Of a stretch of DNA of 64,000 nt, positions 10,529 to 19,359 are shown piece after piece; positions within the stretch are counted from its first letter, which is position 1; each line of letters opens with the position of its first letter. This stretch comes from Bdellovibrionales bacterium. GTDB lineage: Bacteria; Bdellovibrionota; Bdellovibrionia; Bdellovibrionales; JAGQZY01. The stretch is from contig JANPLN010000002.1 of the NCBI GenBank assembly GCA_031426555.1, forward strand, positions 64,001-128,000. Direction: 5' to 3'. A program made the position numbers and the translations under genes. The notes under the pieces are model-generated. The model worked only from the letters and a program-made list of their open reading frames with translations, searched no databases and was not told the origin of the DNA.

Positions 10529-11679
10529 ATGGAAAAATATTTACTCATTTCAGCGGTGCTTCTGCTTTCGAGTCTCCCACTGGCTGCTGAGGATTCCACA
10601 GAAGTTGTACGAACGATTTTATCAGCGCCTGCTATGGCAAGATACCCTGGACACAGAATTGATCAAGATGTGGCCTGCAAAGAAATGCAACCCGGAGACT
10701 CCTTAAATTTAGATGTGCCATGGAATAGAACACCTTCTAATCAGGTCAGTCGCAAGTATACACTTCAAAGAAGTGCTTCGAACCCTAAAGAATTTAAAGT
10801 GGATATTCCCATTGATTTTTCGGTGATGCCTGGTTTACTCGATCGCCTCTATGGGAGCATTCAGGCCCCCGAGCAGATGAGAGAAGGCCGCGACGGCGAT
10901 CTGATTGCCAGGTTTATGAACCGCGCTAACAAAGTTTTGCTAAGTACAAAGCAAACTTAGGCGATTCTCAGGGAAATTTTTTGAATATCCGGGTTGTTCC
11001 TCCAATGAGTACCAATCGAATCACTGCAAATCCTGTTGAGATTTCTTCGATCAATAGATCCTATTCAGACACGTGGGATTCGGGAGTTGGCTGTGGCACA
11101 ATGATGCACGAAGTTCTCCACTTAACGGGCCTTGTGGATTGTTATCAAGAAAAGTCTATCACTAAGACGTACGATCCTTCATGGTGGCCCTATAGCACCG
11201 ACGAAACGACCATAGCTTACAATTGTAGAAACGTGCGAAATGATACCATCATGGCAAATCACAATGAGATAATGGGCGGTTATAAAACACAAATTTACCA
11301 ATGCCATAGCGCAAGCTGCAGCAGTCGACCTTTTCGCGCAACCTACTCGCTCAATGGGGATGATTTTGTAATGGTACCTAGCCGTCCCGACGCTGATTAT
11401 TCAGACTCATCCAACAATTCGCAAACGTTCGCGCAAAATACCGAAAAAACTATTTCGGAATGGATGACGGCAGGGAGAGCATGGTCGAATGAAGGGCGAG
11501 GCTATGTATTGTTTATTCAGGAACGACCCACTCAGAGTCGATTTTTAACGGATGGTGAATTCAATTTTATCACTCGCCCTCAGTGCTCCAGAGACAACAA
11601 GTATTTTGCGTGCTCGGCCAACGCCTATCGAACGCGGGAGATAGAGGGATGTATAAAGGTTCCCGGAGGTTGCAATTAA
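10529..11679 (+). pseudogene. Secreted zinc metalloprotease-like gene split by a -1 frameshift (ORFs 10529..10960 and 10981..11679)
   Basis: First ORF has the signal peptide; second has HEVLH (HEXXH) but no RBS or signal peptide; second frame is open from 10930, overlapping the first. Confidence 0.6.
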
Positions 11680-12268
11680 ACATTTCATTTTTATTATAGC
11701 GTTCTTGGTTGTCTGCCGAGATTTGTTGGCGGATGATTTCGCCAAGAAAGATAATCCTGTCCTCATTCACCTTTCGCGCAGTCAGCCTCACCTGCAGGAG
11801 GAGGTGATCGTTAAATCAGTGAACGGCTTTGATTACATATTAACGACGAGCAATTCTCTGTCCCAAAAAAATACAGAAATCGGAGTTTACAAAAAAAAGG
11901 GGATTTACCTGTTTGCAAAGGCAAAACAATTTTCAACTACAGTCAAAACCGACAGCCCAAAAGATGTTGCTATGGGTAGTCCACACGATTGGCGACTGAA
12001 GGTTTTTGGGAAAGATGTAAAAAAAACTGACCCCGCGTACTCAGATGTTTTTAAAACCTTGCAGTTTGAATTAAAAAATTTAAATAAATGGACACCGGTA
12101 AAAACAGTTCATGGAAAATTCGAAAAATCACAGGTTGTCTTCACTCACTTCGACGGGCGATTAAACACGAAGCGAAGCGAAAAACTCCCAGTGGCTAAAG
12201 CTTGCCAGTTTATCAACGGACATTTTCTATGCCGAACGGACCAAGGTGCAATTCTCGTTTCGATATAG
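11675..12268 (+). CDS. Secreted hypothetical protein (start uncertain: ATT 11675 or TTG 11705)
   Basis: 187+ aa ORF; the in-frame upstream extension gives a signal peptide after GGAGG at 11665-11669. Confidence 0.65.
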   Translation: MKHFIFIIAFLVVCRDLLADDFAKKDNPVLIHLSRSQPHLQEEVIVKSVNGFDYILTTSNSLSQKNTEIGVYKKKGIYLFAKAKQFSTTVKTDSPKDVAMGSPHDWRLKVFGKDVKKTDPAYSDVFKTLQFELKNLNKWTPVKTVHGKFEKSQVVFTHFDGRLNTKRSEKLPVAKACQFINGHFLCRTDQGAILVSI

Positions 12269-12293
12269 TTGTTTTCGATATTGTGCTCAGCGT

Positions 12294-12755
12294 CTAAAAA
12301 ACTTCATTGCAGCTCGGCGGTAAAACCTCATGAACTGCGCTGTATTTTTTTTCGATAGTTGGATTATAAGCATCTTGCACAGCAGGTTCGGTACAACTTA
12401 AATCATTCACGTCGCTGATACAGCGAATCTTCGCAGTTTCTTCGCTGATAACATCCCCTTCATGCTCCGCATAAACTATTTCGATGAGTGACCACGGATT
12501 GTACTCGCTGGGTAGACCGAGCTTGGGAGCGTAGACCTGCTTGAGCATCTGCTCGGACATGCAGGTCGTAATAGCCTCTTGCTGCTCGTCAGCCACCTGA
12601 CAACCTACCACCTTTTTGCAACTGGCCTCCACAACCTTATACGCACGGGACGCATTCATAACAATATCAGACACCATGGGGTTTCCCGTCTCCGTGCCGC
12701 CGTTTTCTTTGCAAGAAGCCAAAATGAAAAATGTAAGTACGATGAAAACTCTCAT
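12294..12755 (-). CDS. Cys-rich lipoprotein
   Basis: Lipobox LASC followed by GGTETGNP; start overlaps the TIGR02147 stop (ATGA). Confidence 0.8.
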   Translation of the reverse strand: MRVFIVLTFFILASCKENGGTETGNPMVSDIVMNASRAYKVVEASCKKVVGCQVADEQQEAITTCMSEQMLKQVYAPKLGLPSEYNPWSLIEIVYAEHEGDVISEETAKIRCISDVNDLSCTEPAVQDAYNPTIEKKYSAVHEVLPPSCNEVF

Positions 12756-13606
12756 GCTATCTCCTCTTTTTTACTTACTAAAGGAAACCACTGAATGTTT
12801 AACTGATAAACCTCTTCAGCTCCCTCACTGCTCTCAGCGAGGGCCAGAATTTCCTTGCGAAATTGTTGTATTTTTAATTTGATCTCTTCTTTCTTTAAAA
12901 CGGATATGGGAATGCAAACTGCCGAAACCTCTCTTTGCAGCTTTTGCACCTGTTCGATGGCATCAGAACCTTTTTGAATCATTTCCCGATGGTACTGTTT
13001 CACCAGACTATGGCTTACTTCATTGCCGGTGCTCACAGTTTTTTGCACCTGAACCCACGTGTCTGAGCTTTTTGCAATCAAACCAATCTGTTCGAGGTGT
13101 GTGAGCGCCTCCGTCACTTGCTCTCTTTTTAAGGGAGGAGTGAACTGGTCGGCAATCCACTGTGGATCGTTTTTAAAATTTTTAAACAGCAGCATTTCGC
13201 GAATGGGGATGTAATACCATCGAGCGTAGTAAGCAAATTCCGCTTGCCGAAGAGGGTGGATTTTTTGCAAACCTTTGCATTTTAAAATCCTTTGCGCCCA
13301 ATTGGCTTTGCCTGCTTCGGTTTCGGACTGGTGAAAATTCACCAAGCAAGAAAAGTACTCTGATTCCGAAGCCGATAGCTTAAACGCTTTTGCGAAGGCC
13401 TCGACACTGGCGGGAGAGAGGTTTCGCTTCCCGTCGATGACAAGTTTAAGAAAGTTTGGCGACGTAAAGCCTGCTTTGCTCGCAAAATAACGATACGAAA
13501 ACTGCGGCATCTTTTGTTTGCAGTAATTGAAGTATGTTTTTAAAAACAAACGATGATTTTCGTATTCAAAAATATTAGGTCGCTGTAAATCAAGTTGCTG
13601 TTCCAT
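12752..13606 (-). CDS. TIGR02147 / DUF4423 family protein with an N-terminal HTH
   Basis: IFEY..R.FL, FSYRYFA.KAG..S..FLKLVIDGKRNLS, WYYIPIREM, VYQLNIQWFPL. Confidence 0.9.
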   Translation of the reverse strand: MEQQLDLQRPNIFEYENHRLFLKTYFNYCKQKMPQFSYRYFASKAGFTSPNFLKLVIDGKRNLSPASVEAFAKAFKLSASESEYFSCLVNFHQSETEAGKANWAQRILKCKGLQKIHPLRQAEFAYYARWYYIPIREMLLFKNFKNDPQWIADQFTPPLKREQVTEALTHLEQIGLIAKSSDTWVQVQKTVSTGNEVSHSLVKQYHREMIQKGSDAIEQVQKLQREVSAVCIPISVLKKEEIKLKIQQFRKEILALAESSEGAEEVYQLNIQWFPLVSKKEEIA

Positions 13607-13679
13607 TGCTTTAACTGTCGGAATTTTCTTTATTTAAGGCAAGTCGCGATTTTCGAAAACGTATTCTGCAGAATACTCC

Positions 13680-14183
13680 TTAGTCTTTCGTCGAGGTGTA
13701 CGGCGCGGAAACGCCATTATCATCGCCGGTTGCCATAACGTCTAAATAAAGCTCTTCTATTTTTTGCGCTATGGGATCATCCAGACTAAGAGGCAGATTA
13801 CAGTAATTCCCATACTGATCGCGATAAGAAACGAGCAGTAAATGAAAAATAAGGGGCACTGGTTCTGAGGGGCCATAACATTGAGCTCGTGCAACAATAT
13901 CGTCACACAAGGCTTTAAAGCTTTGATCGTCTTCGAATATTTTGAGTTTAGAAACATCGTCCAATTCTGAGTAGACTACCACCATAATATCATCATGAGT
14001 TGCTAAAATTGAATCCACAAAGCGCGTGATATTAACTCGATGGGGCTGGCTGCTTGCAAAATTGTGATATTCTAAATTGTGTGCCTCTGTGCAAATAAAA
14101 AACTGTGGGTCCTCTTCAACCTCTTTGCATGCACCAGTCACCGATAAAATTAAGATATAAAAGAGTCGCTTGATATTTCGCAT
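13680..14183 (-). CDS. Hypothetical lipoprotein
   Basis: Lipobox VTGAC; AGGAG RBS. Confidence 0.7.
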   Translation of the reverse strand: MRNIKRLFYILILSVTGACKEVEEDPQFFICTEAHNLEYHNFASSQPHRVNITRFVDSILATHDDIMVVVYSELDDVSKLKIFEDDQSFKALCDDIVARAQCYGPSEPVPLIFHLLLVSYRDQYGNYCNLPLSLDDPIAQKIEELYLDVMATGDDNGVSAPYTSTKD

Positions 14184-14185
14184 AC

Positions 14186-14228
14186 TTTCTCCTTGTTAGT
14201 TCTTTCAGTGTCGAACCAACAGGAGAAA
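14186..14228 (-). promoter_or_regulatory. RBS-sequestering 5'UTR hairpin
   Basis: Minus strand TTTCTCCTGTTGGTTC...GAACTAACAAGGAGAAA pairs over the AGGAG Shine-Dalgarno. Confidence 0.6.
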
Positions 14229-14341
14229 TAAAATAGACGTGCCTTAAACTCATCGTGTTCTGGACGTATTCCATCACTTGTTTTTGTATACCGATTGAAT
14301 ACGGCCTAGCAAGAAATCTCATCCAGAGATGAGGCTATTTA

Positions 14342-14851
14342 CTAACAACCTTCGATTTTATAAAAATTCACTTCGTAGGCTGTTTTCGATTTTACATCAA
14401 TAAGAACAGGCGTCGTAAGCATTTGACCACAGACAGCGTCTCCATTGGGATTCCAGCTGTAAACCACATCTGTGTTTTTAAGCTCACTCAAAAGTTTTTG
14501 AATTGTGCTGATTTCTTTTTTGCTATAAAGCACCTGACTCGCATTGGCATCCTCGTCCATAAAATGAATTGCTGAGAACAATAGGTCCGAAAAGTTTTTT
14601 GCATCTGTGGTGCCCCAGACGAATTCGTCCATGGACTCAACAGTCTTGTAGTTCAGTATAATTTCGTCGTCGGTCTCTTCGGTGACTTGATACTGCAACG
14701 ACTCGGTTAACTGCTCAAGTGTTTCGCCCTCCAGGTTGTAGACGTTCATTCCGGATTCCGCGATGGTGCCTAGCTGAGTTGCCACAGAAGCGATGTCGGC
14801 AGAGGCAAAAAAAGCACAAACTGTTATTAAAGAAAAAAGAATCGTTTTCAT
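14342..14851 (-). CDS. Secreted acidic hypothetical protein
   Basis: Signal peptide MKTILFSLITVCAFFASA; GGGAGA RBS. Confidence 0.75.
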   Translation of the reverse strand: MKTILFSLITVCAFFASADIASVATQLGTIAESGMNVYNLEGETLEQLTESLQYQVTEETDDEIILNYKTVESMDEFVWGTTDAKNFSDLLFSAIHFMDEDANASQVLYSKKEISTIQKLLSELKNTDVVYSWNPNGDAVCGQMLTTPVLIDVKSKTAYEVNFYKIEGC

Positions 14852-14902
14852 AAAATCTCCCTGTTAGCTAAGCTAGTACTGGAGTTCGTGTCCTGACACA
14901 AA

Positions 14903-15439
14903 TTATATTTCGATATGCTTTAAACACTGATAAAGCGAAGCCACCACAATGTTATGATTAAACATTCCGTCCTCAAGAGCTTTTCGCAAGCGCGACAACT
15001 CCATAAGTTCCACGTCTATTTCCTCAAACGGATCTAAATTCTGAGGGCCCTTTATAATGCAGTCTTTTGCCAAATAGGTATGGATTCTATTGTCTTGGAG
15101 CGCTGGATTGGGAAAGTTTTCTGCCACCTTCACGATGTTTTGTGAGGTGTAACCGGTTTCCTCCTCAAGCTCGCGCAAAGCGCCCAGCTTGGGATCTTCC
15201 CCGCGATGCACGGCACCCCCCGGGACTTCCCAGTGAATCTCTCCCGTGGCATGGCGGTACTGTTTGATCAGCACGATTTTGTTATCGCTCGTTATGGGAA
15301 CGATATTTACCCAGTCTGGAAACCGCAAAGTATAGTAGCTCGGCATGATGCGCCCATCGGGCATCTCGCACTTTTCTTGATCTATGGACACCAAACCTGA
15401 TTTAAAGACCTGTTTTGATTCTAAGGATTTCCACTTCAT
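14903..15439 (-). CDS. NUDIX hydrolase, ADP-ribose pyrophosphatase-like
   Basis: Nudix box GGAVHRGEDPKLGALRELEEETG; KQYRH; LDPFEEI. Confidence 0.9.
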   Translation of the reverse strand: MKWKSLESKQVFKSGLVSIDQEKCEMPDGRIMPSYYTLRFPDWVNIVPITSDNKIVLIKQYRHATGEIHWEVPGGAVHRGEDPKLGALRELEEETGYTSQNIVKVAENFPNPALQDNRIHTYLAKDCIIKGPQNLDPFEEIDVELMELSRLRKALEDGMFNHNIVVASLYQCLKHIEI

Positions 15440-15443
15440 GGAG

Positions 15444-15576
15444 GTTAGGTATCAACATTCCCAAAAGGTACCAAGTAAGTTTACCGCCAAGGACCTACCG
15501 GCTGCAGTGCGACACCGGTTAATGCGGCGCACTCGGGAAAGGTACTTGGTACCTTTTGGGAATGTTGATACCTAAC
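15444..15576. repeat. Long inverted repeat (34-bp perfect arms) containing AAAAGGTACCAAGTA
   Basis: 15444-15477 is the exact reverse complement of 15543-15576. Confidence 0.95.
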
Positions 15577-15580
15577 GAGC

Positions 15581-16237
15581 ATGCTTTATCTTGTGTCTGT
15601 GCCTGTGGGCCATCCTGACGATATTTCTTTGCGCGCTTTGCAAATTCTCAAAACTGCCGAAGTCATTATTGGCGAAGAGACCAAACCGCTTTTTCAACTT
15701 CTTAAACATCACAATATTCCGCGCCCGGAGGTGGCCGAATTTTTAAACGAGCACAGCAAAGACGTGGATATTGATTTTTTTGTGGGCCTTTGTCGCGAAA
15801 AGAATGTCGCGCTCGTCACCGATTGTGGCACTCCTGGTTTTTGTGATCCTGGCGCTGCTTTGGTTCGCCGCTGCCGTATGGAGAACATTCCTGTTTCCGC
15901 CGTTCCCGGGGCGTCGTCGCTGATGATCCTTTTAAGTTTGAGTGGTTTGGAGCTGAAAGAATTTTATTTTCGCGGTTTTTTACCTGCGAACAATGAGAAG
16001 CGTCGCCAAGAACTTTCGAATCTTAAAAAAATCAAAGTGCCCATTGTACTCATGGACACGCCTTACCGGTTTCGGGCGCTCCTCGAAGATTTGAAGGAAA
16101 CCCACGCGACCTCGCGGTGTGTTCTCGGAATAAACCTCACGCAGGAAAGCGAACATATTTACGACGGACCTTTGTCGCAGTTAAATCTGCAAACGCTTCC
16201 TGAGAAGGCGGAGTTTATCCTCATCCTGCACTCTTAA
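15581..16237 (+). CDS. rsmI: 16S rRNA (cytidine1402-2'-O)-methyltransferase-like
   Basis: LYLVSVPVG..DISLRAL, ALVTDCGTPGFCDPG, VPGASS, FRGFLP. Confidence 0.85.
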   Translation: MLYLVSVPVGHPDDISLRALQILKTAEVIIGEETKPLFQLLKHHNIPRPEVAEFLNEHSKDVDIDFFVGLCREKNVALVTDCGTPGFCDPGAALVRRCRMENIPVSAVPGASSLMILLSLSGLELKEFYFRGFLPANNEKRRQELSNLKKIKVPIVLMDTPYRFRALLEDLKETHATSRCVLGINLTQESEHIYDGPLSQLNLQTLPEKAEFILILHS

Positions 16238-16261
16238 GAAACCGCCCCAGTCCTCCGATCA
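16234..16261 (+). promoter_or_regulatory. Sigma28 (FliA)-like promoter
   Basis: TTAAG-N15-TCCGATCA, 7 nt before ATG 16269. Confidence 0.5.
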
Positions 16262-16268
16262 ATAGTCT

Positions 16269-17108
16269 ATGAAAAATCTAGTTATTTTAGCCATTGTTGG
16301 AAGCTTCCTTATTCACTTTGAAGCGCTGGCGGAGACGCGAGCCTATTCGCTCTGCCCGAACATCCAGTCGGTGCATTATTCCGACCCGAAAAAAAATCGC
16401 AGCATCGTGATGAATTATGATCCGGTAAGAAAGTACTTTGTTTTTTTACGCTGTGGCGAGAGCGATACAGCTCGCACCACATCCCGCGTCCAGGAAAATA
16501 AATGTCACATTTACCGCCAAGGGCATGAAGGCGCCCTTTGCCGCGACGAAATCACTCAGTCCCGGGTTTCGCGCGTGATTTCAGACGTTGTCGATGCTGG
16601 GGTCTCCACCGCCATCTACGGACCGATGTCGAACCTTTCAAAAGTACGCAGAATCATCTCTACCGCTCGACAACTCAGTATCACCCCGCAATGTTTAGGC
16701 ACGAGCATGATGAAGGCTATGGCTCTCGGAGTGAACTCGTCGGCAATTACCGATACGTTTTACCAAGCCTCCACCGAGATTGGCCCGATGACGGGACTCA
16801 CTCGCTTCGCGACACGAAATCCTACGGCCAAAGCGAGTTACGTGTTTTCCCAAGTGAACTCCATCATCTCGCCGGGCTCGGGCTCCAAGGGCAGTGATGA
16901 CGAACGCAGAGTGAATTTAACGGGGCCGTCGTACATGACCGCTCAGAGAAATAACACCGATACAGATCGACTTGTTCTTGATACAGCCGAGCACCACAGC
17001 CTTTGCACCTATATGAAAAATTTGGGCAACGAGCCTGTGGCTCCCACGGAAGATGCGCAAGCCCGCGCCGTGAGTTCGCAGAGGAACGGGCTTATCACTC
17101 TCGATTAG
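16269..17108 (+). CDS. Secreted hypothetical protein
   Basis: Signal peptide; 279 aa; several Cys residues. Confidence 0.7.
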   Translation: MKNLVILAIVGSFLIHFEALAETRAYSLCPNIQSVHYSDPKKNRSIVMNYDPVRKYFVFLRCGESDTARTTSRVQENKCHIYRQGHEGALCRDEITQSRVSRVISDVVDAGVSTAIYGPMSNLSKVRRIISTARQLSITPQCLGTSMMKAMALGVNSSAITDTFYQASTEIGPMTGLTRFATRNPTAKASYVFSQVNSIISPGSGSKGSDDERRVNLTGPSYMTAQRNNTDTDRLVLDTAEHHSLCTYMKNLGNEPVAPTEDAQARAVSSQRNGLITLD

Positions 17109-17163
17109 ATCCTTCGCTAGGTCCTTCATGATGCTCAGGATGGCTGCGCCACTCAGGACGACG
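17107..17163. repeat. REP-like element (GTCnTCCTGAGC...CGAAGGAyC type), degenerate tandem copies
   Basis: Shares CGCTAGGTCCTTC and CTCAGGACGACG with the reverse complement of 33395-33425. Confidence 0.7.
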
Positions 17164-17168
17164 CTGTC

Positions 17169-18593
17169 TTAATAGCCTTTTTTGCGTTTGCCGGATGGGA
17201 GAATTCGCAAAACGTCGCGGTACTTGGCCACGGTTCTGCGGGCGATGATGATTCCATCTTTTTTCAACAGATCCACAATTTTTTGATCAGACAACGGCTT
17301 CTTATCGTCTTCTTTTTCAACCAGGTCTTTGATTTTTAATTTTACCGACTCGCTGGCCATGGAGTCGCCGTCATCCGTTGAGATTCCCGAATTGAAAAAA
17401 TACTTCAGCTCAAAGATACCCTGAGGGGTGTGCACATACTTGCTTGTTGTCACGCGACTGATAGTGGACTCATGCATGCCGATGTCGTTGGCGATATCGC
17501 GAAGAATCATGGGCTTGATAAAGCCCGGTCCTTTTTCAAAAAATTCTTGCTGATGGCGCACGATACTCTCTGTGGTTTTGTAAATCGTGCGCTGACGTTG
17601 ATGAATAGAGCGAATCAACCAAATGGCAGAACGCAGTTTATCTTGGATGTAACTTTGCGCCTCATCCTTAGTTTTACCCTGCACCATGTTTTTATAAAAT
17701 TGCGAAATACGTAATTTGGGGAGCCCATCTTCATTTAAAGAAACAACAAACTCATCACCCACTTTATACACATACACATCCGGTGTGACATAGTGGGTGT
17801 CGTTGGAAGCAAAACGGCTGCCCGGTTTGGGATCCATGGTATTGATGATTTTACACATATCCACAACTTCTTCCACAGAAATTCCCATCTCTTTGGCGAT
17901 GGCTGGATAGTTTTTTCGTTCTAAATCCTTCATATGATTTTTAATCAAAATCACAAAATCTTTTGTGTCTTCTTGAATCTGTTTTGCTTGGATCAGCAAA
18001 CACTCTTGCAGGTCGCGCGCGCCCACGCCAAAGGGATCAAACTCTTGCACAAAGGGTAAAATCTCTTCGAGCTCTTTGGCGTTAACTTCCTCTTCAGAGG
18101 CGATTTCGGCAATAGGGGTTTGTAAATACCCATCATCATTAATGTAGCTAATTAAAATTGTGGCCAGTGCCAGCTCTTCTTCGTTAAAACCATAAAGGCT
18201 GGCTTGCCAGTGCAGATGATCGTGCAGCGTTTGTTTTGTAGCAATGATGTTTTCATAATTCATGATCTCATCATTGTTCGAGTGCGTGCGCTCGCGGGTG
18301 CGATTTTGATTTTCGAAATATGAATCCCACTCAAATTCGTCTGATTTTTGTGGATCTTGGTTGGCCGTTTGCGTTTCGGGGTTTTGACTTTCCTGCTCGC
18401 CCTGTTCGGCCTTGGTTTCGTTGGCGGTTTCTTCGAAGCCTTCCTCGAGAACGGGATTTTCATTCATCTCGCGAACGATTTCGTTTTCGAGTTCCATGCG
18501 TGATAACTGTAAAAGCTTAATGGCCTGCTGAAGCTGAGGAGTCATCTTCAGAGTTTGTCGTAGCGCTAAGCTTTGTTTCATTCCCATGGCCAT
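17169..18593 (-). CDS. rpoN: RNA polymerase sigma-54 factor
   Basis: MTPQLQQAIKLLQL, HESTISRV, RpoN box ARRTVAKYR. Confidence 0.98.
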   Translation of the reverse strand: MAMGMKQSLALRQTLKMTPQLQQAIKLLQLSRMELENEIVREMNENPVLEEGFEETANETKAEQGEQESQNPETQTANQDPQKSDEFEWDSYFENQNRTRERTHSNNDEIMNYENIIATKQTLHDHLHWQASLYGFNEEELALATILISYINDDGYLQTPIAEIASEEEVNAKELEEILPFVQEFDPFGVGARDLQECLLIQAKQIQEDTKDFVILIKNHMKDLERKNYPAIAKEMGISVEEVVDMCKIINTMDPKPGSRFASNDTHYVTPDVYVYKVGDEFVVSLNEDGLPKLRISQFYKNMVQGKTKDEAQSYIQDKLRSAIWLIRSIHQRQRTIYKTTESIVRHQQEFFEKGPGFIKPMILRDIANDIGMHESTISRVTTSKYVHTPQGIFELKYFFNSGISTDDGDSMASESVKLKIKDLVEKEDDKKPLSDQKIVDLLKKDGIIIARRTVAKYRDVLRILPSGKRKKGY

Positions 18594-18636
18594 AAGTCCT
18601 CTTTCGTATCGGTGACGGTGAATTCAGCAGGGCCAA

Positions 18637-19359
18637 CTAGTAACGAAAGTTTTCTCCTAGATAAAACTTTCGCGCTATCGGGGATTCCGTAATTTCTTTC
18701 GGAGTTCCCTGCACTTGGACCTGACCTTCTTTCATTATATAACCAATATCGCAGATTTCTAAAGTTTCTCTTACGTTATGGTCCGTAATCAGGATACCTA
18801 TTTGTTTCTCCTTCAGTTTTCGGATAATTTTCTGAATTTCATTAACCGCAATTGGGTCAATCCCGGCGAAAGGCTCGTCGAGGAGAAGAAACTTAGGAAA
18901 TACAGCCAAAGAACGTGCTATTTCGACACGTCGGCGCTCCCCGCCCGATAAAGAAAATCCGTAGCTGTTCACAATGGCTTCCAAACCAAAATCAGCAATC
19001 AGCTGATCCAAGCGCTCTTGGCGACGGCCCCGCGATGACAATTGCACCTCGAGGGCTGCAAGGATATTTTCTTTCACTGTGAGTTTGCGAAAAATGCTGG
19101 GCTCCTGCGGAAGATAACTTATTCCGATGCGCGCGCGCTCGTACATGGGCGTGTCGCCAATGGAAATATCATCCAACTTGATTTGACCTGATTCGGTTGT
19201 CACTAAGCCGACCACCATATAAAAACTTGTTGTTTTGCCAGCGCCGTTGGGCCCGAGCAGACCCACCACTTGCCCGGAGGTCACAGTGAACGAAACATCT
19301 TTGACGACCTTACGACCCTTGTAAGTTTTGGATATTTTATCAACAGTGAGTAAACTCAT
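18637..19359 (-). CDS. lptB: LPS export ABC transporter ATP-binding protein
   Basis: GPNGAGKTT, YLPQEPSIFRKL, LSGGERRRVEIAR, DEPFAGIDP; adjacent to rpoN. Confidence 0.97.
   Translation of the reverse strand: MSLLTVDKISKTYKGRKVVKDVSFTVTSGQVVGLLGPNGAGKTTSFYMVVGLVTTESGQIKLDDISIGDTPMYERARIGISYLPQEPSIFRKLTVKENILAALEVQLSSRGRRQERLDQLIADFGLEAIVNSYGFSLSGGERRRVEIARSLAVFPKFLLLDEPFAGIDPIAVNEIQKIIRKLKEKQIGILITDHNVRETLEICDIGYIMKEGQVQVQGTPKEITESPIARKFYLGENFRY

Noticed and set aside
15384..15575. 63-aa ORF across the NUDIX/rsmI intergenic region
   Set aside because: It reads through the inverted repeat and overlaps the NUDIX gene antisense.
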